Below, one piece after another: positions 11,836 to 21,621 of a stretch of DNA of 64,000 nucleotides. The position numbers and the translations under genes are program-made. The first letter of the stretch is position 1; each line of letters begins with the position of its first letter. Under the pieces are notes generated by a model, which had not been told where the DNA came from, ran no database searches, and worked only from the letters and a program-made list of their open reading frames with translations. Where the stretch lies: positions 69,502,001 to 69,566,000 of the forward strand of contig CM060732.1 of assembly GCA_030704615.1 (NCBI GenBank), given 5' to 3'. The stretch comes from Takakia lepidozioides. Lineage: Eukaryota > Plantae > Bryophyta.

Positions 11836-12649
11836 ATTAGGCTCCACTAACTGCTGCAACTGAGCATCCCACAGGAGGCCAGGTCCACTATCCCGGAAAG
11901 CATGCGATCCTAGGAAGCTAAGCAGTGTAGGTAATGCTGCTCGTGGTTGACCCACCTTGTTGACCACTGCCAAAGGCGAACAGTCATCGTATCTCACACG
12001 CTGAGACTGCCTCCATGTGTCCAGAATGCTATCCACTGTGAGATGTGTTGGCCGCTGCACCAAATGCACGCTTGAGCAGTGCGGGTGACATCAAGTTAGT
12101 CCACCATAGCCGTGGATGATGAGCCCGTGACCCCACTGTAGCTGCATCTAGCAACACTGCTGACCCAAGCCACGACCGGACTTGATGCACACTGGCCATC
12201 ACCCTGGCCCGAGAATCGCCCATCAGTGGCAGATTCTCCAAGATGTATACTGGAGATACAGCTTCATGAAGCTGCAAGTGACGCAAAACCCGCACCATCT
12301 CCCAAAACAGACCCGACCTCGAGTCTCGCAATCCATTGTCATGCCCGGCTGATGAATGCCCTTGGCAGGGCCAACCTGCCACTACCAGATCAATGGAGCC
12401 AACCTGCTCCAAATCCTGCGCCCCCAACAACGAAATGTCTGCTGACAAGGCATGCTGATATCCACGAATTGCAGACACTGACAACAACTCAGGGTACCGC
12501 TGCACCAACTGAGCAACATGGCGAAGTGAAACGCGTCGTGTAGTCTCATCCCTCTCCACATACAGGTAACGCCGAACTCGTACACCTGCCTGTAACACAA
12601 CAGCCAATCCGGTGCTAATCCCGCCAAACAAGTCCAGAAGACAAATGCC
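11833..12649 (-). other. C5-cytosine DNA methyltransferase domain, DNMT3-like linear motif order (tail at 4350-4440 +)
   Basis: Motif I LDLFGGISTG; II YVERD; III DISLL; IV DLVVAGWPCQG; GLRDSRSGLF; VI ILENL; VIII AHHPRLWWTN; then VEPNA at the break. The motif X-like RRQVLGQGMDLN lies at ~4390-4430. Confidence 0.92.
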
Positions 12650-14907
12650 TTCATCCGGATACTGCCACACAATAGATGTGGTGTCCAATGGAGACAACTG
12701 AGGTGGTCCTGGTACAATCCCCGCACTCTCCTCCTCTCCTGACGGTACAAAAGCCTCCACCCAGGCTTGTTGCACCCGTCGATCAGCATCCCGCTACAAA
12801 TCCTTGCTCGTGCCCCACAATGGAGTCTGAGCAACCATGGTAGGCAACTCCGCCATACCATACATGTCATCCTGCTCTCCCGGAGGTGGCACATCCTCTG
12901 AATGAGCGTTGCCCTCAAGCAACTCTTTCAGCCAACTCACTGTCGCTGTGAATGCTGCTAGTGTCGGCATCTTGCCTCGCTGGGCAACCGCAACTCCTCC
13001 TATGAACGTCACAGGGAGCTGCACACGCCGACCCTCCCTTGACTGCCATGCAGGCCTATAGGAAGCTGACTCCTCCCAAAAATCCAGGGTGAAGCCCATG
13101 GGGTACAACACTGCCCCATCGTATGAGACCGCGTCTGTCACAATGGCCTTGGCTCGCATCACTGAGCCATCTGTAGGGTGATCCGGCCGTAGTCTGATAG
13201 CCAACTCACGCCGTGTCATGCCCCGAGCCTGTTCCGATCCTCCCAGAGACGTCTGTATCTGGAAAGGACAAGACTCCATATCCGCCTCCGTGAGGCCCAA
13301 GCCTGCAATAGCAGCTCTGCCCAACATCAGTGGTTGAGCTCCCAACAAGACCCGCAGTGGCCGGTACCTCTTGCCTGCCGGTCCACTCAAACAGAAAATG
13401 CCATCATGGTTGTCTAACATGACAACTCCAGGTGTCACCATGGCGCGCTCAATGGCTAGCCTAGCTGGCAGCTCCATCAACCTGGCAGCTGCAGCTTGTC
13501 ATGGCACCGCCGTGGCAGTCTTGACCCTCAAATCTGATGATCCCTCCGGCACTACACCTCCCACTATCTCCGCAGAAGATGAAGTAACCTCCCCACTCTC
13601 ACAGAGTGTAGCTGCCAACCTGAACACCTCAGCTGGTCTTACCCCCGGCGTCGCAATCATGGTAGCCGAAAACAATGGAGCCTGGCACACAGATGTGGCC
13701 GCTCCTAGCAGCATACTAGCTGTCGTAGCCTTGGCAACACTAGGTAGTGGTGCTACCCGTGTAGCTCTCCCCAGTGGCATAGTAACCTCCGCCTCGGTAA
13801 CAGTCGGGCGAGAACTAAGTGCCATGGATGGCGTCGACACTGTCTCCGCCAATGTGAATGACTGAGGAAGCCTAGCCTGACGGCTTGCCTCCCCACGTTG
13901 TGGATCCAACTCCACCTCTGCACCTCGTGGCTTAGGAACTCGTACTGCTCCTCGAGTCACGGCTGCAGCAGACTCCACCTGCACTAGTGGTAGTGCTGCT
14001 CCACACATGAATCCCATGCCTCCCATATCTCTTCCCTCAGGAGCAGGAGGTGGACCATCCGGCCTTAGAGCCGGTACCACCTGAGTTGTAGCCATGCCAG
14101 CGAGCCTCTGCTCTAGCTGCTGAAGCCGGTTGGCCATGCCTTGGTCAACACCCTGACCTCCGCGTCCTTGGCCATGTTGAGCTTGCCCTTGGCCTGCACC
14201 TCGTGGCTGGCCACCTCGTCCTCTCTGGGCTGCTCCACCTCGCCCCCGGCCACCATTGTTCCCTTGGAACTGGCCTGGGCGCAACTCAGGATGCAAACCA
14301 TAACACTGGGCCTCTCCATGCCCGTGCTTGCCACAATGCCCACACTGCAACTGTGCAGACTGTGCATGTGCCGGCCCTTTGCCTCCCTCTGGGCAATCCT
14401 TCTTGACATGGGGTCCTCCACATGTCCAGCACACCACATCTGCCCGTTGTTGGCCAGCAAATGAAGGGAGAGACCCTTGCATCTGAGGTCCTCTCTGCCC
14501 TTCCCTGAGCTTCACCTGAGTCCCCTTGTTGCCTTGAGCACGTTGAGGTAGTGGTTGGCTAGGAACACCACTACCCCGTGGTGTCTCCTTAGCAAATCCC
14601 ACCATGACCACTTGTTCCTCCACCATGTTGAGCTCTATCCGCTCTGCCAGCAAAAACACATTTGCTCACATCCTCCACTCCTCGATCTCAACCTCATGCC
14701 CCCGCTTGAACTCATAGTAATCATCCATAGGCGACCCCTCAAGGTACTGAAACAGCCCTTTCCATGCCATGCAAGGCGTAAATAGTTGTGGATTGTGCAT
14801 TTGCTGCAAGTCACACCAACTATCAAACTCTTGGATAAAATCATCCAACTCGATGGTGCCCCAGAGTACCTTCGTGGCCCCTTGGTAGCTCCATACATCT
14901 CCTCCAT
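11833..14907 (-). pseudogene. Ty3/gypsy polyprotein, 5' half: Gag with two zinc knuckles, aspartic protease, C5 DNA methyltransferase
   Basis: ORFs 14666..14917, 13499..14659, 12794..13480 and 12029..12775 share one frame and are separated by single stops. Knuckles CWTCGGPHVKKDC and CGHCGKHGHGEAQC; protease-like RVLL(DS missing)GAQPLM; DNMT motifs follow. Confidence 0.9.
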
Positions 14908-14950
14908 TGTGTCCCACAACAATGGCAAAGAAACAACTTGCACTGCCGGT

Positions 14951-15325
14951 ATGAGTCCTCCTGTCATGTCATTCTTCCATGTGACCAAAAATCCATGCTG
15001 GGTAAACGCTAGGTCTTTTGCTTGCAAAGCAGGGGTTGGGTTCATTTGCAAGTTTTCCAATTTTTATTTTTATTTTATTTTTTCCCAAATGTGCCAGATT
15101 AAGGTGTCGTCAACGACACCTTAATCTGGCTGGTCTTCTGGTGTGTTATTTGGGGAATGGCATCTACAATTGCTCGGACCACATAACTTATGATTCATTG
15201 TCATGTCCTTCTTCTATGTGACCAGAAATCCATGTTGGGTAAACGGTCTTTTGCTTGCAAAGCAGGGGTTGGGTTCATTTGCAAGTTTTCCAATATATAT
15301 ATTTGTTTTATTTTATTTTTCTCGA
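14951..15325 (+). repeat. Tandem array (~1.5 units) of the hairpin-containing repeat
   Basis: Same unit as 8418-8908; contains the perfect palindrome GCCAGATTAAGGTGTCGT-CA-ACGACACCTTAATCTGGC (15093-15130). Confidence 0.9.
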
Positions 15326-15331
15326 TATATA

Positions 15332-18300
15332 TGTCAAGTTATTTTACCACTAGTGTGAAACTAGCTAGGAAATAGCTAGTTTTTACATATTGACATTTGG
15401 GATTGGCCCAAGTGTCAATCTAGGGGTCAAGGCAGATTTAGGCCCTGGAGTGGTTATCTTCACGGCAAGCGCGGGAGGCTCATCTTTTTCGAGTTGAGCC
15501 TCACCGCGCCTAGCTATGGCGCCGTAGTGTGGATTCCCCATGGCGTGGGGTGCACTTGGCTTGACTTGTATTTGAGTGATGAGGTTATATATGCATGAGT
15601 TTATGCTTCAGCTTTGTGAGCTCGCATGAGCTTGTGCTTGTATTCTTCATCTTTATCACTCGAGAAAGATCAGCTCGTATCTATGAGTGCCAGATACGAG
15701 TTAGTTGTAGCACTTGTGGTTTTTTCTTGAGAATGAGAGAAACCACGTTGTTATGCAAGGAGCACCGTGGAGCTCTTGGTTGTTAGAAGCGGAGGCGATG
15801 TGGGTTACGAGGTGGTAAACCTTGGCATTCGATCTTCAGCTTCAGAGATGAAAGCACCATACTGTAGGTAATTCCAGAGCACCTTGATGGTTTCAGATTG
15901 TGTACATGCATGAGCAAGCACGATTAGGAAGATGACCAGTCGAGAGCAGGTTATAGTGGCTTTGGTGGCAAAGCTGAGAACTGGACTTGGGAATGCGAGC
16001 TTTCATTGTGTGAAGGATTGCAAGACCAAGCGAAAGGGCTGATTTGGCTTGGGGCAAATCAGTGCATTTTGTGGAGTATGTTGAGTTGGGGGTTTCAATC
16101 TGAAACTCCAGCGGTATGAGGGCTCTTGCCATGGCAAGAGCGGGGCTGGAACAGGAGCTAAGAGGTGCGGCAAACCCATGGAATGTGCACCTAGGTTTCA
16201 GAGCTTGGAAGAAAAGCTCTTGCACCACACAAGGAGTGTCTTGTGGCTGGAAATATAAGCCTTAGGGTTTCAGGAGCTTGGCAAGGGCTGTGGAGTGCTT
16301 AGTCTTGTCTTAGAGAGCATCAAGGAGCCAAGGAGCCAAGATAGGGGGCTGATATCTCTTGTGTGAAGAGGTTGCATGTGTGGAGCATGTATTCAGCTCA
16401 TTGAAGCTTCCATCTTCAAGCTTGGAGGGCAAGCAAGGAAGAGGGAAGGGCTGACTTCCCTTATGTGAGGGCAATGCATGTGTGGAGTATGCTATCAGCC
16501 TAGTGAAGGCTTGCACTTTCAGGTGTGGGAGTGCAAGAAAGGAAGGAAGGGGCTGGTTTCCCTGTAGGGCATGTGGAGCATGCTTTCAGCCTGCTGAAGC
16601 TTGTATTTTCAGGTTTGTGGGTGCAAGAAATGAAGCAAAGGAGCTGATTCTCTTATGGTGAGAGTGGGGCATGTGTGGAGCCTGCCTTCAGCCCATTGAG
16701 GCTCTTGTTTTCAAGCTTTAGAGAGCTAGAACGGAAGGTCTAGGGCTGGTTTCCGCTTGGAGTGAAAGAAAAGCACATGTAAGGCCTATGTGAGTTGGGG
16801 TTTCAACTTCAAGCTTGAAGGGAGTGCAACTCTTGAAGCAGCAGGTGTAGGGGGCTGGAATAAGCTCTAAGACAGATGCTATGGCCAAGGAGAGTGCTTG
16901 AATGAGTGCTCACAAGGGCTGGGAACCAGCAGGGCTTGGTTGTTTGCCATTGAGTTTAGTGGCATGTTTGGGGAGGCTAAGTGAGAAAGAAGGCTTGGTT
17001 TGTGGCAACCACCTCATGGCTTAGGGCTACTATGGTGGTGTGTGGGAGCCGAAAGAGCAAGAATACCTTACTGATTTCCTCACAGCCGCCATAGCTCGGT
17101 GGAAAGAAGCCTAGAGTCCAAGAGACACAAACCCTAGCTTGGCGTGGCTAAACCCCTTGGAGAAATGGCTAAACTGCCAGAGCGGCCATAGATGGGGCTG
17201 TGACGGGCTGCGCCCCTGGCCTTTGGGGCTGTGACGGGCTATGAGAGGCTGTGACAGGCTGTGCCCTGTGGCCTGTGGGGATGTGACGGGCTGTGACAGG
17301 CTGTGATGGGCTGTGGCGGGCTATGACAGACTGTGCCCAGTGGCCTATGGGGCTGTGACGGGCTGTGACGGCTGTGCCAGTGGCCTGTGGGGCTGTGACG
17401 GGCTGTGACAGGCTGTGATGGGCTATGACAGACTGTGCCTAGTGGCCTGTGGGGCTCTGACGGGCTGTGAGGGGCTGTGACAGGCTGTGCCCTGTGGCCT
17501 GTTTGGCTGTGAGGGGCTGTGATATCTGTGGCGAGCTGTGACGGGCTGTAGGGGCTGTGACAGGCTGTGCCCAGTGGCCTGTGGGGCTGTGATGGGCTGT
17601 GAGGGGCTGTGACAGGCTGTGCCAGTGGCAGTGGGGTGGTGGGGCTGTGACGGGCTGTGACAGCTGTGCTGTGTGCGGGCTGTGCCCTATGGCCTGTGGG
17701 GCTGTGACGGGCTGTGACAGGCTGTGCCCTGTGGCCTATGGGGCTGTGAGGGGCTGTGATAGGCTGTGGCCTTGGGGCTGTGACCCTGTGACCTTTGTAG
17801 GGCTGTGACAGGCTGTGTCTGTGGCCTTTGGGGTTGTGATGGGCTGTGACAGGCTGCGGCCTGTGGGGCTGTGACCCTGTGACCTGTGTAGGGCTGTGAC
17901 AGGCTGTGGCCTGTGTGGGGCTGTGACGGCTGTGTGACCAGTGAGCTGTGTGGGCCTGTGCTGGTCTGTGGTGGCCCGTGTTGACCTGTGGATGGCCTGT
18001 GCTGACTCGTGGGCAGCATGGTGGACTGCCTAAGGACTGGCATGTGGTCTTGAAGGCCGAATTTTGAAACTCGTGGAGGGTGGTTTGAGGAGTATCTTCA
18101 TGATATTCTCATGGTCATGCAAGTGAGGGAAGAGAGGAGAGGAAGAGTGTTGGGATGAGGGCATGCTGGGGTTAGGCATTGCTTTAGCTTCTCTTCCTCG
18201 TAGTTTCCGCCCTCTCATTAGGCCAAGACCTTTCCGTAGGTGGAGGAGGCAAGAGTCAGTCCGGGTTTGGCTGGGGTGTCCTTGCAGGAGCAACACCGTG

Positions 18301-18714
18301 GAGTTGTTTTTGGTGTGGGGGGAGTTGTCGTTCTGATTTCTTGTGTTGGATCCCTCCATACCTGCATGCTTGACTGTGCGCCATGTTAGTTTTGTGTGGG
18401 CGATTGTTTTTATAGGTGATTGGTCCGGATTTGATCACCGGCCAGTCCTAGAGCATGTTGTCGATGGTGAGGCTGGGGTGATGACCAGCCAGACCATCAT
18501 TGTTTCTCTTATGGTGAGGTTGGAGGTGATGACCAGCCAACCATAGGAGTGCTTGTGGTGGATGCAGGTAGAGGTGTAGGCTATGTTAGGAACTTAGTAT
18601 TCCAAACCATAAGCTGCAACAAGTTCTCTACCCGGTTACCTTATGGAGAGGGGGTTAGGAACATGTTCATGACCGGTTGAGTGTCAACAAGGAGGTGCCA
18701 CTAGTTGCTGGGGA
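15332..18714 (+). mobile_element. Probable long LTR (~3.35 kb) of a second LTR retrotransposon with a PBS-like remnant
   Basis: Starts TGTCAA and ends TCAACA (18689), followed by GCCACTAGTTGCTGGGGA, which loosely resembles the tRNA-Asp PBS (TGGCGCCGTTGCCGGGGA) of Athila-type elements. Non-coding, with internal tandem repeats. Confidence 0.4.
17194..17945 (+). repeat. Minisatellite of GGGCTGTGAC-type 10-mers
   Basis: Dozens of GG(G/A)CTGTGA(C/G/T) and GGCTGTGCCC/TGTGGCCT units. Confidence 0.95.
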
Positions 18715-18790
18715 CAGTGCCGGTTCGAGCACTAGCGATACTAGTGGGTACACGAGACGAGGTGTGCGGTTTAGGCCACCTTCACCTCCT

Positions 18791-19026
18791 ATAAGTTATG
18801 TGGTCCGAGCAATTTGTAGATGCCATTCATCCCAAATAACACACATTAAGGTGTCGTTGACGACACCTTAATCTAGCACATTCGGGGAAAAATAAAATAA
18901 AATAAAATAAAAATAAAGGTTGGAAAACTTGCAAATGAACCCAACCCCTCTTTGCAAGCAAAAGACTTGGCGTTCAACCAGCATGGATTTTTGGTCACAT
19001 GGAAGAAAGACATGACAACAAATCAT
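18791..19026 (-). repeat. Single monomer of the hairpin-containing repeat (reverse orientation)
   Basis: On the minus strand it runs ATGATTTGTTGTCATGTC...CATAACTTAT, i.e. one unit length (with a short internal deletion); hairpin at ~18845-18873. Confidence 0.9.
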
Positions 19027-19826
19027 GTGGAAAGCAAGGAGCTCCAATGTCATGGCGCAAAGTTCTGTTTTTTCTGTGGTCCCCTCGTTAAGAAAGAAGA
19101 CGAGGTGTGCATCACAAAGATTCTAGCTTCAAAAGTGAGTAGACGACATGTAGTGCGGGAAATTGATCGTCCCCAAAACAAAAAATACTAGTGGCTACTC
19201 TACATCTTGGGGTGGACCGAAAGTATGATATAGACTTCGTAGCATCCAACAATGGTCCAGTCGATTTATGAGTGGTCATGGGTTCAAAGTTCAAAGCCAC
19301 ATATGTGTATGCATTATAGCTAACCGGGTCATGATCAACCAGTCCCTTAATGCGTGGGTACTTGAGGACTTTCTCCTCTTTTGGGGGTTGGTATCTTGTC
19401 AGCATAGCATAGGCAGGGCAAAAAAAAAAAAAAAAACCCCCTTGGCACTATCCATGGTTATAGGGGTGATAAGTTGGAAATGGAAGTCCAAATGCACGGT
19501 TCTAAGAGAATATATATTTGAAAACGGAGGTCTAAGTGAGCACAATGCACGGTTATAGGGGTAATATGTCTGAAAACAGACAATCCACGGTCATAGGATA
19601 ATATGTTGAAAACGAAAATACAAGTTGCGTCTGCCGTTTTGGAGGAAGTTGGGACTTTTGTGATTCGGCTTTCTTGCTTCCTTTGCAGGTTTTCGGTCTC
19701 ACAGCCTTGCTTTTATTCGGCCAGTTTTCGTTTGTTTTCAAAATTCAAAATGCTCACAAAATTGAATATTTGAACATGATCTTTCAAGCAGAAGCAAGAA
19801 TCCATGCACTCTTCTCGAGCTACGCC

Positions 19827-21621
19827 CTACTTACGAACAAGAACAGCCAATATGTAGGTCAAGCCCAGCTTTCTGATCGACTTTGATCTCGCTCGTTCTG
19901 CCGCCCTTTGCCCAATGCGTTCAAAGAGTTTTGATGCCAAGTCTATTCCTATGTGCGCCTGAACGAGCGGGTTGAGTAAACTCTTGGTAAAACTCTTGGT
20001 GAATTGCCCATATGCCTCAGGATTCGCTATCAGCTTCTTATCTTCATCGCCAGGAAAATACGGAAAGTCTTGCCACAGCTCAAGCCGTTTGATGTGGAAG
20101 GCAGATGTTTCGCTTATAGCCTCTCGGACTTCATTCAAACTTCGACAAAATATTGGTACGTTGAACCCGTCTCTAGTGTCTGCATCAATTAAACCGTGCA
20201 CACAAAATTGGAACCAGAATCAGCTCCGTTAAATCGATTGCAAGTTTGCAATTCACTTGGTGCAAATTAACTCTAGACTCGATGGGCCAATATTTCTCGC
20301 TTTACTAGTTCTGGAAGTGCCAATGGATGTTCAATCGTCCTAGAAAGTTGCGTTCCAATGCTAATAGGACAGTCGACAAACCCCACCTCAGAGACGAACT
20401 CCTCCCATGTATCCTCCAGATCCCTGCCATACGGATGGGTGAAGCGCATATCGTCATCCAACTGGTTCTCTGGATGCTCCGAGTCTTTCCGGGCCAAGAG
20501 GAAAAAAAAGAGCAGACCACCAGGCACAATTTCACGGGCCCGATTCCTAAGGAAGTTCCGCAAATCTTTTCTAGCCACTTGGGCAAATGCCTCAGCCACC
20601 GCAGGTCTCTCACCATCAATCCAAGCTCTGCCCCTGTTGTATGCCGGGGAGCTTTTGTCCCGGACTTCATGTGGAACCTGTGACGCAGTTAGAGTTTGTT
20701 GAACAATTCATCCCAAGTTCTAGATAGTGAAGTTGTCACTAATATCTGAGAAAGACGCGGACAGTCTGACCTGAACATTAGCTTCCTGCAAATCAGTTTC
20801 TGAGAACTTTGTGAAATATACTTCCTGCAGTATTTTACTACACAGGTGGCGTAAATCTTAAATACTGTCAAAAAGATAAAAAGGTGCTTGGACATGCAAT
20901 TAAGAATCTTCAGAATTGTGTACAAACTTCGATTTTCGATCTGCGAAAGTTGAAAGCAGCTTGGAAATAGATGTACCTCAGACATCCACATCAAGGAAAA
21001 AGTCGAAACCACAATGTGAAGGCTTGCACAAGGAAATATGCTATGGTAGAAGGACCCTGGGACGCCTGCTGCAAAATATGCGGTCTCCTGATCAGTTTCA
21101 TTGCTAGTCATTCTCCGAGATACAGGCAGTTGCTGGAAAAGGGTGTTGAAGTCGTTTGAAGGAAGATCAGAGAAGAACATCTGAACTTCAGGCGCTGGAA
21201 TGGATTGTGATGCATATTTTTCCTGCAAGCTCCTAACAATATAGCTCGCATATGAAAGTGTATTTGCTCCGACCGAACAGCCCAGGTCAGCCACTCGAAT
21301 CGAGCTCTCCCTAGGCAGTCGTTCATTAAGCTGCCTGATCGCGTCCCCTAAAATTGGATGTAGGTGAACGGTAGCGTGAGCTTGCATGGTTGAGTTTCGG
21401 GTATAACTTCCATCCCCTTCACCGCCCTCCATTCTCAGAGTGATCGCAGTAGCGTTGGCCTTCAAGTTCGAGTTGCCATAATTGGCTTTCAGGGACGTCT
21501 TCACTGCGATTAGAATGTCAGATGAACTGTCTGCACCACGATGTCCGTTGCTCGCTGGTTCCAGACCAATCGACGTTCCTCCCGATTTGCATTCTTTAGC
21601 CAAGTTCTCGGACTCGTCCAT
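19827..21621 (-). CDS. SABATH (SAM-dependent carboxyl methyltransferase), copy 2; exons 21621-20977, 20677-20387, 20195-19827
   Basis: MEGGEGDGSYTRNS..Q, RVADLGCSVGANT, FFSDLPSNDFNTLF, AAGVPGSFY, SLMWMS, FLRNRAREIVPGG, FNVPIF. GT donors are present; the intron 2 acceptor is non-canonical (see findings). Confidence 0.9.

Noticed and set aside
11833-12775. DNMT as a bacterial restriction-modification gene, contaminant or host DRM/CMT gene
   Set aside because: It is intronless, in frame with Gag and protease upstream, and its tail is in frame with RT; there is no partner endonuclease and no UBA, BAH or chromo domains.
4350-15325. DIRS/Ngaro element
   Set aside because: No tyrosine recombinase motifs are seen and a DDE integrase is present.
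17194-17945. CRISPR array or telomeric repeat
   Set aside because: Degenerate contiguous 10-mers without unique spacers, not TTTAGGG, in a eukaryotic context.
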